A DNA stretch of 64,000 bases from IMG/VR virus record IMGVR_UViG_3300042453_001086, positions 32,001 to 96,000 of that record; one strand, given 5' to 3'. The notes under the pieces were generated by a model. That model ran no database searches. It saw only the letters and a list, made by a program, of their open reading frames with translations, and was not told where the DNA came from. Every line of letters begins with the position of its first letter. Position 1 is the first letter of the stretch. This document shows, piece after piece, positions 27,839 to 37,176 of the stretch. The stretch comes from a virus. The position numbers and the translations under genes were made by a program.

Positions 27839-29488
27839 TTATCTACCAACAACTTCAGAGAAAGATACGCCAGTGCGAGTGGCAACAAATGTAATGGTGA
27901 TAAAGTTAATAGATCTAGCTGGTTTTACATAAATCTCAGCAACAAACTCATTTCTGTCAATAACATCGGGTGTGTTATTTGACTCATCGCAAACTACTAA
28001 GAAGTCAGTTACACCACGCTTAGCTCTTACCTCTGTCATATAAGAGTTAACTGCATTTGTGAATGTAGATCTTGTTGCTTCATCGTTAAGTTCAAATAGA
28101 ACATTCTTTGCTAAGCTACCGATTCTCTTTTCGATAGCAAGGAATAAACGACGAACGTTGATTCTATCAAAAGCACTTGGAGTTGCTAATGCAGTTTTGT
28201 CTCCAAAAAGAACTACACCTTGACCTGGGAAAGAGGTGATTGGGTTGATTCTCTTTAGATAGAGTTTATCTCTATCAGTTTTTCCTGGAACGTATGCTAG
28301 TTTAACAACGTTCTTTAAGTTTCCTCTTTGAGTTCCAGCAGGTGAGAACCAATCCTCTGCATTTAATGAGGTCTCTACACATAAACCTGCTACATCTCCG
28401 CAGCATGGTACATAACGATAAACATCATTGTATCTATCGTAGATATATTTGTAACCAGAATCAAACACAGTGTATGAGTTGCTTGTTCCTAGTTGATCGA
28501 AGAAAGCAATGATTGCATCTCTTTGAGCAGATACGGAAGATAGAGAAATAAAGTTATTGTAAGGAGAAACGAAAGCGATGCAATCTTTTCTGGAAGTGGC
28601 AATGTTTATGGCAGCCTGTGCTTTTGTTACAGTGTTGTTTTGATTAGATAAGGAACCACCAACTAAAATAAAGTTTACATCGATAGATTCTGTGTCAGCA
28701 AATAAATCATATGCTGAGTTGTAATCTGCTACTGATGCGCCATAATCATCAGATCCACCACCAAAGATGTAAGTTTTTTGACCGATTTCTGAACCAACTG
28801 AAGCGCCAGCATATACATATCTCGATCTGTTTCTCAAAACATTCACGTAGTATAGAGAAGCACCTTCGTTATCTACAGCGTTTGATGATGTTGATAGATA
28901 TTGATAGAGTTCTAAAACATTGTTATCTCCATCTAGAACTGCAATGTGGCAGCTATTTGCAGGAGCAAAAGTGAAATCTGGAGCGTAAGCAGACCAAAGA
29001 ACGTCGTTACCTTCGCTGTCTTCGTGGATAACTGCTGTACTGTAACTAGCATCCGCATCGATGTAGCAAACTTTTAAATCATTTCCCCATTGACCTGCAG
29101 TTCTTGCTGCAAATGCCCAGGTATAAGTAGAATAGCTTGCTTCATACTGTGATGTAGTCGAGATTAGTTGACCAGTACCAACAGTTTCATCTAAATCTGC
29201 GGTAGCATTTTCTGCATCTCCGTCATCTGGAGCAATGCGAACAATCTGGAGTTGACCACCATATGCTAAAAATGCAGTTGCGGTAAACCAATCTTGAAAG
29301 TTATTATCGTTTGGACCACCAAACGTATCTAGAAGTTCTCTTTCTGAAGTTATATTTGTAATAACACCAACTGGTCCCTTCTCAAACAATCCAACAAGTG
29401 CTGCAGTGTTTGCTTGAGTATTGACAATAGTTTGTGCTGTTAGATCACGCTCTCTAAGAACAATTCCAGGTGATACTTGACCTGCCAT
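27839..29488 (-). CDS. gp18: Contractile tail sheath protein (T4 gp18)
   Basis: SPGIVLRERD, FLAYGG, WFSPAG, FDRINVRRLF, KPARSINFI. Confidence 0.95.
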   Translation of the reverse strand: MAGQVSPGIVLRERDLTAQTIVNTQANTAALVGLFEKGPVGVITNITSERELLDTFGGPNDNNFQDWFTATAFLAYGGQLQIVRIAPDDGDAENATADLDETVGTGQLISTTSQYEASYSTYTWAFAARTAGQWGNDLKVCYIDADASYSTAVIHEDSEGNDVLWSAYAPDFTFAPANSCHIAVLDGDNNVLELYQYLSTSSNAVDNEGASLYYVNVLRNRSRYVYAGASVGSEIGQKTYIFGGGSDDYGASVADYNSAYDLFADTESIDVNFILVGGSLSNQNNTVTKAQAAINIATSRKDCIAFVSPYNNFISLSSVSAQRDAIIAFFDQLGTSNSYTVFDSGYKYIYDRYNDVYRYVPCCGDVAGLCVETSLNAEDWFSPAGTQRGNLKNVVKLAYVPGKTDRDKLYLKRINPITSFPGQGVVLFGDKTALATPSAFDRINVRRLFLAIEKRIGSLAKNVLFELNDEATRSTFTNAVNSYMTEVRAKRGVTDFLVVCDESNNTPDVIDRNEFVAEIYVKPARSINFITITFVATRTGVSFSEVVGR

Positions 29489-29588
29489 GTTTTTCTCCTC
29501 GTGAAAAGTAGTTCATTTTAATCTAAAAGTATTTATGAAAATGGTTATTTCAAATCCAAAAAATATGCATGAACAGTGCATGAACTAG

Positions 29589-29810
29589 TTACCAGTCAGG
29601 ATATTCCCATGTATTTGGGGATTTTTTATTTGCCATCAGTCTCTTGATGGTACAATCTTTACACTCATAAGAGTATGACGAAGGTAAATGTCTCTTTGAT
29701 TTTCTTATAATATAATAATCATCTAAAAGATCTTTGATCTCTCCACAACATCTACATGTTCTTTCTTTAAACAATAAATGCTCTAGTGAAAACTGATCTT
29801 CGATGTCCAT
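29589..29810 (-). CDS. Small Cys-rich (zinc-finger-like) hypothetical protein
   Basis: CRCCG...YECKDC; start overlaps the gp17 stop. Confidence 0.7.
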   Translation of the reverse strand: MDIEDQFSLEHLLFKERTCRCCGEIKDLLDDYYIIRKSKRHLPSSYSYECKDCTIKRLMANKKSPNTWEYPDW

Positions 29811-31474
29811 TAGTAACCCAACATATACTCTACATCTGCAAACGGATTACCATATCCATCTGTGTACCAAACGTTCCCATCTTCATCAACAAATTTTTCT
29901 TCTTCGTCGATTATGCCGTCTGATATAAACCCGAACGGTGCCATGTCTTGTTCAATCTGATTCTTCTGTTCTTCGTAGATTCGTTTGCGAACATCGTTAT
30001 CAGTCATCTCCCTGAAGTAAGGTTGAACCGCCAACCACGAGAATAGAACTAGACACATCACAAGGTCATCGTTATATCCATCGTCAGCTTCAAACGATTG
30101 ATTCTTTTGAATAAATGTAGTGAGTTCACTGATAATCTCATAGTCTGAGATTAATAGTTTATCGTCTTCAATCAATGTCTTTAAGTTTGAGCACCCAACT
30201 TTCTTAGTCACCTTTGACATCTTCAGACCAAGTTGAGATTTGGTGCCAGAGAATCCCTGACCAACAATCTGACCAGCTCTACCACGCATGGCACACATTA
30301 GAATATTTGGATACTCTAAATCGTAATGAAGAATATTAGTTACCTGCTCACCGATGTCATTGACTTCAGCAAGGATATATGCTTTGTTGTAGTTCTTGCC
30401 AACCTGTTCAATAATGTTGGGGAATAGGATTGGTTTGATTTCGTTGTTTCTATACTTAGCAACTATCTTCCAAGGTAGTGTGGTAATATCAAATACAACA
30501 AAAGCAGAGTAATCATTGTTGGTTCCACGGGATACATCGACTGTCATGATGTAGTCGTGATCCTTCTTCGCTTCCTCGTATACCTTTAATCCTTTGCTGT
30601 TATCTTGTATAGGGTCTTCAAAGACCATTGAACGCAACTTAGCAGCCGAGATAAGTGTATCAACTGATCCTAGGAACTCACATTCAAACTCCTGCGTGAA
30701 CTGCCTCTCTGAGGTGTTCCTAATGGTCTCTTCTTTCCACTTCTCATCTCTACCAGGAACTGCACTCCAATGCACTTCTAGGGGCACGTAGCCGTTCCTG
30801 CCGCGCTCTGCGTCATGCCACAGCTTGTAGAACATATTCATACCCTGTGGGGTAGAAATGATAATAACCTTTGTGGTCTTACCAGACGAGATAGTAGGAT
30901 ATACAGACGAGAAGAACTGTTCCGCCATGTGGTTAGGAACGAACGCAAACTCGTCAAGGAAGATGATGTTAAAAGAGTTCCCTCTAACGGCGCTAGAAGA
31001 CGTTGAGGCAGCGATGATCTTAGAACCGTTATCGAGCTCCATCGAACCTTTGTTCCATGCTACAATGCCTTGCTGCATCCACTTGGGAAGGTTCTCATAC
31101 GCAAGTTGCAAACGAGACAGAAGTTCTCTTGAAGTTTCTGCTTTGTTTGCTAGAATAGCAATCTTGATGTTGTCGTTGAATACTGCGTAGTGCAGTAGGT
31201 ATGAAATAACTGTGGTTGATTTTCCAGTCTGTCTGGGGAGTTTGGCGATGTTGAATCTATTATTATGAAAGTTTTCGATGAGTTTCTCTTGGAAATCATA
31301 CATCTCAAAAGGAACAAGACCTTCATCAAGTGAAATAATCTTCACATAGTTTTTTGCAAAGTAAACGGGATCATCTTTGCATTTAATAAACTCTTCTACT
31401 TGATCCTTTGTAAAACTAATAGCGGTATTAGCTTTCTTTAGATTGGGATTACCAAGATATACATTATCACTCAT
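29810..31474 (-). CDS. gp17: Terminase large subunit (T4 gp17)
   Basis: PRQTGKST, FLDEFAF, ISTPQG, FTQEFECEF, DVSRG, DDLVM. Confidence 0.97.
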   Translation of the reverse strand: MSDNVYLGNPNLKKANTAISFTKDQVEEFIKCKDDPVYFAKNYVKIISLDEGLVPFEMYDFQEKLIENFHNNRFNIAKLPRQTGKSTTVISYLLHYAVFNDNIKIAILANKAETSRELLSRLQLAYENLPKWMQQGIVAWNKGSMELDNGSKIIAASTSSSAVRGNSFNIIFLDEFAFVPNHMAEQFFSSVYPTISSGKTTKVIIISTPQGMNMFYKLWHDAERGRNGYVPLEVHWSAVPGRDEKWKEETIRNTSERQFTQEFECEFLGSVDTLISAAKLRSMVFEDPIQDNSKGLKVYEEAKKDHDYIMTVDVSRGTNNDYSAFVVFDITTLPWKIVAKYRNNEIKPILFPNIIEQVGKNYNKAYILAEVNDIGEQVTNILHYDLEYPNILMCAMRGRAGQIVGQGFSGTKSQLGLKMSKVTKKVGCSNLKTLIEDDKLLISDYEIISELTTFIQKNQSFEADDGYNDDLVMCLVLFSWLAVQPYFREMTDNDVRKRIYEEQKNQIEQDMAPFGFISDGIIDEEEKFVDEDGNVWYTDGYGNPFADVEYMLGY

Positions 31475-31700
31475 TTGCTCTTCTAATATCCTTTTCTATA
31501 TCGTCCATACTATTTAATCTCTTTTCCCACCCATCACCTTTTGTAGTTCCTTGTGCTGGATTGATACAGGTGTCATCTCCAAACTTGTCACAAACTAAAG
31601 AAGCGAGTTCAGTTTCATTTCCCTTCTTGTTTGTGCCAACCCAATAGTGCTGTCCACCAATCCAGCAAGCCCCGCATTTGGGGCAGGTTTTAGTATCCAT
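31467..31700 (-). CDS. Small zinc-ribbon hypothetical protein
   Basis: CPKCGA...LVCDKFGDDTCINP; has its own sigma70-type promoter. Confidence 0.72.
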   Translation of the reverse strand: MDTKTCPKCGACWIGGQHYWVGTNKKGNETELASLVCDKFGDDTCINPAQGTTKGDGWEKRLNSMDDIEKDIRRANE

Positions 31701-31726
31701 GTGTCTTACCTTGAGACGGTAATGCT

Positions 31727-31754
31727 ATTATATAGGTAAATCGTGTATCGTCAA
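31727..31754 (-). promoter_or_regulatory. Sigma70-type promoter upstream of the zinc-ribbon gene and gp17
   Basis: TTGACG-N16-TATAAT. Confidence 0.65.
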
Positions 31755-31776
31755 GTTACAGTTTACACATATTTTA

Positions 31777-32505
31777 TTAGCAATTCCAAGCTCTTAATGA
31801 CTTATTGATACGTGAATCTTTATCGTTTGCTGTTTTTTTAGATGTTAACTTCTTTTTCATGCCTTTCATTCTGGCACAAAACGACGCCCTGCGGGGATTT
31901 CCAACCTTTTTTGAAGGTGCCTTAAGGTCGCTTCCAGGATTTTCGCGTTCATAAGATTTACGCCCCTTTTCGTTGAGTCCTCCACTGGAACTCTTACCAG
32001 ACTTTTTTGTCCAGGCAGCCCCCTCAGCAACATACTCTTCGTTCTTGCTTGACATATAGTTTGCTGATGCATCCATATAATCTGTAGCGAGCGTCACTTT
32101 AGACTGAACCCATGCTGGGATTTGCATCTGGGGATTTTTAATAACTTCTCTAAGTCTTTTGCAGTGCATTTCAATCTCATCAAGTTGGTTCATAATCATT
32201 GAACCTTCATCATCCATTTCCTTTCCCATGGCGATAGCGATATGATTTTCACAAATCTCTCGCATCTCCTTAACGGTTCTTTTCTTTTTGTGTTGTGTTT
32301 TTAGTTCTTTTTCCATCTTAAGTAAGTGGGTATAGTAATCTGGGAACTCATCTAAATGCTGAAGTGCAATACCATATGCTTCCTCGTGGGTAGTCACATG
32401 CTCGCGTTCTACAGTTGAACCAACTTCTGCCTGTTTGATAATACTTTCAACAGACACACCATGCTTCTTGGCGATTTCTTTTTCAGTGGGAACTTTCTTT
32501 TTCAT
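31777..32505 (-). CDS. Modular hypothetical protein (three conserved phage modules)
   Basis: Start MKKKVP overlaps the upstream stop. Modules: VEREH...ALQHLDEFPDYY; EGSMIMNQL...WVQSKVTLATDY; GGLNEKGRKSYERENPGSDLKAP...SFCARM. Confidence 0.75.
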   Translation of the reverse strand: MKKKVPTEKEIAKKHGVSVESIIKQAEVGSTVEREHVTTHEEAYGIALQHLDEFPDYYTHLLKMEKELKTQHKKKRTVKEMREICENHIAIAMGKEMDDEGSMIMNQLDEIEMHCKRLREVIKNPQMQIPAWVQSKVTLATDYMDASANYMSSKNEEYVAEGAAWTKKSGKSSSGGLNEKGRKSYERENPGSDLKAPSKKVGNPRRASFCARMKGMKKKLTSKKTANDKDSRINKSLRAWNC

Positions 32506-33899
32506 TAGTAAATCTCCCTCCATTGAAGAGTAGCAGCAGCGGTAGCAGTAGCATTATTAGCAGTAGAAATTGTTCTTATTGATACTACAAATATTTCAGA
32601 ATCCGTTGAATCAAAATTTTGAACAATAGTATTTTTCTTTGCTTGTGTAAGTTCACCAGAACTGACAGGTGATAGTGAGTTCTGTGAAGATCCTGCTACA
32701 ACAATACCAGCAGCAAAGATATCCAAATTAGCTCCAACAGCAAATGATGTTGAATTTCTACAATACTCAACACCGCTACTATCATCAACAGGGGTCCATA
32801 CAAGACCACCAACATCTGTTGTTGCTAATGAAGATGCTCCAGGAACTTTGATTAACTCATAATAAACATCATTAGTAGCAACATACATGCTAATATTATT
32901 TGGTCTTACTGTAATTCTATTTGGATAACCTTGGAAAGTATTTTTTAAACGGATTGCCAACAGAGGCAATCTTGTTCCCGAAGAAGTAGAAGTAGTCCTA
33001 GTAGCACCAGAGCTGGTTGCCCAGTCAATACCACTTTCAACATATCCACCTTCTGACATTACAGTAGCACAAACTTGTTTCATTGAACCACCTGATGTAG
33101 CTCCAGTATTTTTAATCTCACATCTTACAGGTAGATTGGGACTTGAAATATAAACTTCGTCAAGTACATTTGAGTGGTAATATTCGTGTGCCAAAACAAT
33201 TTGTCCATTATGAACAAATCCACAACGAACTCTACCAACTCCAAGCCACTGGAAGTCAATATAAATGAGTTGAGTTTTTGAAGTATTGATGTTAAACTTG
33301 GAAGGACCAGTGCCATCACAAGGATCAATGTTCCATTCTGATTGTGGAACTCTTCTCTTGTAATCCCCTACATTCGCTTCACTAACACTACCACTAACAT
33401 AAGAACGAATCACGAAGTTTAGCGTGCCATTATCTGTGCCGTTAGAAGTAGGACCACCAACTTGCTCAAAGTAGATACCATCTCTGTCATCAAAGTATCC
33501 AGTTCTTTTAGTTACATTCTGCTGAGCGTAACCGAAAGTAATGGAACTAAAAATCAGTTGAGATTTACCTGGCTGATAATGGTGGTAAAATTTTGATTGA
33601 TGAACAGCACGAGAAGCAGGGTTTGAAGATGTTGCTAACGTTCCCATTGCTTGATTTGCTGGGAATGTGATAGTGCCACCATTCTCCAACTTATCTAAGA
33701 AGTTTGGATCAACAGCATAGATGTGCTTGTAATCACCGAGAGTAAATAAACTAGAAGTCCTCGATCTGCCGAAAGCATCGGAAGCTGTAGAACCAGTACC
33801 AGCAGTAAGATTGCCGAAGTTATCGGCAAGCATAACTACTTCAAAATTTGTTTTTTCCTGTGGTAGAAAATCTTCGTAATGCTTACTATACTGTGCCAT
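32505..33899 (-). CDS. Putative virion structural protein (beta-rich)
   Basis: 464 aa; shares motifs with the 2191-aa protein (HYQPGK, IDFQWLGVGRVRCGF, NLPVRCEI). Confidence 0.7.
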   Translation of the reverse strand: MAQYSKHYEDFLPQEKTNFEVVMLADNFGNLTAGTGSTASDAFGRSRTSSLFTLGDYKHIYAVDPNFLDKLENGGTITFPANQAMGTLATSSNPASRAVHQSKFYHHYQPGKSQLIFSSITFGYAQQNVTKRTGYFDDRDGIYFEQVGGPTSNGTDNGTLNFVIRSYVSGSVSEANVGDYKRRVPQSEWNIDPCDGTGPSKFNINTSKTQLIYIDFQWLGVGRVRCGFVHNGQIVLAHEYYHSNVLDEVYISSPNLPVRCEIKNTGATSGGSMKQVCATVMSEGGYVESGIDWATSSGATRTTSTSSGTRLPLLAIRLKNTFQGYPNRITVRPNNISMYVATNDVYYELIKVPGASSLATTDVGGLVWTPVDDSSGVEYCRNSTSFAVGANLDIFAAGIVVAGSSQNSLSPVSSGELTQAKKNTIVQNFDSTDSEIFVVSIRTISTANNATATAAATLQWREIY

Positions 33900-34177
33900 T
33901 ATCCTAGGTACGCAACTTTAGTAGCTGAGACATTATCAGTGCTGTCAACTTTAATCTTTTGAGCAGCATCTTTATTAATAATAACAGGAATGCCAACAGT
34001 TAAAGCAAAACTACCAACCACCGTAGTGCCATCTGATTCATATAGAGAAACTGTTCTGGTTGAAGCTTCTGCGGTTAAATCTGAATGTGTGTTGTAAAGA
34101 TACACATCGGTTGCTTTACTAATATCACTTGGAGTTGTTGTAAGCGTTTCCGCTTCAGCAAGAATCTTAATCCTCAT
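33899..34177 (-). CDS. Hypothetical protein
   Basis: 92-aa ORF translationally coupled to the next gene, late promoter upstream. Confidence 0.7.
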   Translation of the reverse strand: MRIKILAEAETLTTTPSDISKATDVYLYNTHSDLTAEASTRTVSLYESDGTTVVGSFALTVGIPVIINKDAAQKIKVDSTDNVSATKVAYLG

Positions 34178-34196
34178 CTTATTTACCGTTTATTTT

Positions 34197-34604
34197 CTAT
34201 TTATTCTTGGCAGCATCTTTAATCATCTTTTGAAGATCTGCCGTGGTGCCAATAAACATTGTGTTATTGACTGTTGTTGGGGTTGATTTTTTATCTTCTT
34301 TACCCAGATTTTTCATCTTGTGCTGAAGGTCGATCAACTTATCAGTCATGTCTGAGACCTGCTTCATAGCGTTCACAGCGACCTCATACGCTCTAGGGTG
34401 CCCCGACTCCTGCGCGACCTCTAAGGCACCTTGCACCGCCTCCTGACCCTGTGATATGAGTCTATACAGCTCACCCCTGGTGTATTCATAATCCTTGTTG
34501 GCATCAACACTGACTTCACTGTTTGCTTGTGTAATCATTTCAGTTGTTTGTTCAATCGGTGCTATATCAAAAATCTCTTCCATGTTATCTTCAAACTTGC
34601 TCAT
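34197..34604 (-). CDS. gp16: Terminase small subunit (T4 gp16)
   Basis: DYEYTRGELY, ESGHPRAYEV, NNTMFIGTTADLQK. Confidence 0.92.
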   Translation of the reverse strand: MSKFEDNMEEIFDIAPIEQTTEMITQANSEVSVDANKDYEYTRGELYRLISQGQEAVQGALEVAQESGHPRAYEVAVNAMKQVSDMTDKLIDLQHKMKNLGKEDKKSTPTTVNNTMFIGTTADLQKMIKDAAKNK

Positions 34605-35398
34605 AGTAGTTCAATACCTTCATTAAATCCAAAGTCATCGTCTGGCATTAATAGTTGATCATCTAAGTTATCAACAACACCATCATTATTTTTATCTTCT
34701 AGTGCTGACGCTTCCACGTCATAACGAAGAATCCTTCTATGCTCTTGGTAATCACCGAGACTTTCAAATACCGTTGCTTTTCTGATGATAGCGGCATCAG
34801 TAACTGGACCGTACATGTAAGTTTTTAATGTGAAATCTAAAGTATATGTTATACTTCTTCTTCTCATCATATCATCTTCATAGTCATCTTCATATGAAAT
34901 GCCATTTAAAATAACTGGTAAATCTTTTTTCTCTTCCATTTCTGGAATCATCATAACAGTAACGTTGAATGATGGTTGAAAAAATGGTAGAATCTGCTCT
35001 AGAATCTGTAGAGCATCATCCTGAGTTTTTGATAGAATACCTAGTTCAAAACGAAGATTATATGGAACAGGCATAAACTGAACTTTTACATTCTCTCCAT
35101 CATCATTTACTTTATATTTTTGAATAGGTGAAGTTTTTCTTTGGGCGTCATATGTAATGTCAGTCATCTCAAATGAGATGCGAGGCATAGTAACGCTGAC
35201 TTTTCTTTCTGTGTTTGGATCCTGTTCTAAACGAGCTAGAAACTTACTCTTAGGACCATACGCGAGAGGAACTTTTTCTTGACGTATAACTTCTCCTGTA
35301 TCTGGATCACGTTTAACAATTTGAATATTATTAAAAAGTGTGCCAAATGCTTTGACGTTTTTCTTTATAATCTCGTGATAATAATATTGACCTAACAT
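34601..35398 (-). CDS. gp15: Tail sheath stabilizer / completion protein (T4 gp15)
   Basis: FGTLFNNI, VPLAYGPKSKF, PRISFE, PVPYN, QILEQILPFFQP. Confidence 0.94.
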   Translation of the reverse strand: MLGQYYYHEIIKKNVKAFGTLFNNIQIVKRDPDTGEVIRQEKVPLAYGPKSKFLARLEQDPNTERKVSVTMPRISFEMTDITYDAQRKTSPIQKYKVNDDGENVKVQFMPVPYNLRFELGILSKTQDDALQILEQILPFFQPSFNVTVMMIPEMEEKKDLPVILNGISYEDDYEDDMMRRRSITYTLDFTLKTYMYGPVTDAAIIRKATVFESLGDYQEHRRILRYDVEASALEDKNNDGVVDNLDDQLLMPDDDFGFNEGIELL

Positions 35399-36297
35399 TA
35401 GAATACTCCCATATCTCCATATTCACCAAATGGATTTCCTTCACTAAAGTCAAGAATCTCATCGGCTTTATCTTCGTAATATTTATTCTGTGCATTATCA
35501 AAATCTTCAATGTCAAAATCAATAGTAGAGAATGTATCCACTTCCCAGGATGCACCGCTATCAACTCCTATCAGTTCTTCGTTTTGTCTAAACACGCCAT
35601 TAACATAAGTTAAATCTAGTTTTCTAGATGGCGCATCCCATGCAGCAACCGTTGCTTTTACCATAACAGGAGTGCCGTCTACTATGTATGTTTGTTCAAC
35701 TTCTTCGCCAATCGTATAGTTGCCAACACCACCAGTTTTTAAATAAACTGGAAATACATAGTTTTCTTTTTTTGGGTCATCGATTTCTGGGTTGCCAGTG
35801 TCAAACATATTATCAGCATTTTCCAACAACTCGCAAGTTAGAGCAAAGATATAGTTTTTACCTAACTGATAAAAAGGAACTTCTCTTTCTACAAACTTGA
35901 TTTCGTAGATGTTTTTAGTCATAGGAACGTACAGTAAATCACCTTCATTTGGTCTACCAGGAACTGTAGTTGATGACATCAAATCTGGTTTGAGAGACCA
36001 CTTTCTTTTTGATACAGCAAACGTAACTTCATCAGAAAGTTTCAATCCAAACTTACTCATGGCAACAGCACCAGATCCACCAAAACCTTCTACATTGATT
36101 AGCATCATTTCTATCAGATGAGCTTCTTTAAACTCATTTAAAATAACATCATTAAGAGATCTGTCGATCAACATTTCCTTTGGAACATAAAAAATATCCA
36201 TACCGAACAGATGTATTTGTTCGTCTACCAAATCTTGTACAAGATTCTGTTCGGTATTTACACCACCATATTGGGGAAAATATACGCTCTTAGACAT
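35398..36297 (-). CDS. gp14: Neck protein (T4 gp14)
   Basis: EQIHLFGMDIFYVP, SKFGL, RPNEGDLLYVP, FYQLGK. Confidence 0.92.
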   Translation of the reverse strand: MSKSVYFPQYGGVNTEQNLVQDLVDEQIHLFGMDIFYVPKEMLIDRSLNDVILNEFKEAHLIEMMLINVEGFGGSGAVAMSKFGLKLSDEVTFAVSKRKWSLKPDLMSSTTVPGRPNEGDLLYVPMTKNIYEIKFVEREVPFYQLGKNYIFALTCELLENADNMFDTGNPEIDDPKKENYVFPVYLKTGGVGNYTIGEEVEQTYIVDGTPVMVKATVAAWDAPSRKLDLTYVNGVFRQNEELIGVDSGASWEVDTFSTIDFDIEDFDNAQNKYYEDKADEILDFSEGNPFGEYGDMGVF

Positions 36298-36298
36298 A

Positions 36299-37123
36299 TT
36301 ATCCTATTGCATCGAGAGGTGGAAGTTCGTAATCGCTAATCATCTTAGATTCTATTTCATCTATTTCTCGGATAGCATCCTCGTATATCTGGCGACCGTT
36401 TATCTGTACTCCACCAGGAAGTTGAACATTATTAAACTTGATTAGATTCTGTCCCCACTGTCTCTTGAATAATGCAGTGATATATCTTTTCAAGAACCAA
36501 TCATTCCATATCTTTGGAGAATCGGTTGGATTTAAAAGACGATGGCATTCGACAATAAAATAGTTATCTTGTTGTAAAACTTTTGGGTTGTAATCAATAA
36601 AAAGTTTTCCGTTTCTTTTTGTGAAACGACATTGAATAATCGCCCCGCTGTTTAAAACCATATCCAAAGTTTCAAAATATTGCTTAAACATGTAATAGTT
36701 AACTAGGTCAACATTACCTAGAGAATATCCAGAGTTCAAAGAAAACATGTCCATTAGAAAATATTGGTTTCCAAAACCAAAAAAATCAGAACGCAAAGCA
36801 GTCATCGATAAAGAAAATACTCTCTCGATTCCTATAATATGATCTGGAAGTTCAATATAGTTATTTCTTTCTTCCCATTCACTACCATCTTCTGAAGTGT
36901 GAATAGTATTACCTTCTCTAAATCTTTCTAGTTCTTCCGCAGTAAACTTATGCTTTAAGTAAAGTTTTTCCATGCCGTCAAAATGACGTTCATTAAAATA
37001 CTGTAAAGCATCATCGATTAGATCTTCTAGTTGATCATCATCTACATTGATTTCTAATACAGGAGCACCAAGTTTTCTGAGGCAATACTCTTTTAACTCT
37101 TCTCTTGTGGCTGGTTTAGCCAT
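36299..37123 (-). CDS. gp13: Neck protein (T4 gp13)
   Basis: YCLRKLGAPVLEINV, WLKRY..ALFKRQWGQNL.KF...LPGG. Confidence 0.93.
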   Translation of the reverse strand: MAKPATREELKEYCLRKLGAPVLEINVDDDQLEDLIDDALQYFNERHFDGMEKLYLKHKFTAEELERFREGNTIHTSEDGSEWEERNNYIELPDHIIGIERVFSLSMTALRSDFFGFGNQYFLMDMFSLNSGYSLGNVDLVNYYMFKQYFETLDMVLNSGAIIQCRFTKRNGKLFIDYNPKVLQQDNYFIVECHRLLNPTDSPKIWNDWFLKRYITALFKRQWGQNLIKFNNVQLPGGVQINGRQIYEDAIREIDEIESKMISDYELPPLDAIG

Positions 37124-37127
37124 AAAA

Positions 37128-37158
37128 AAATACCTCTAGTTTCCTAGAGGTATTTATA
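37128..37158 (-). promoter_or_regulatory. Late promoter TATAAATA overlapping a 12-bp terminator-like hairpin that contains the gp13 SD
   Basis: TATAAATA at 37158..37151; aaatacctctag-gaaa-ctagaggtattt then TTTT and ATG. Confidence 0.8.
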
Positions 37159-37176
37159 AATCATGTTATTTATTTA

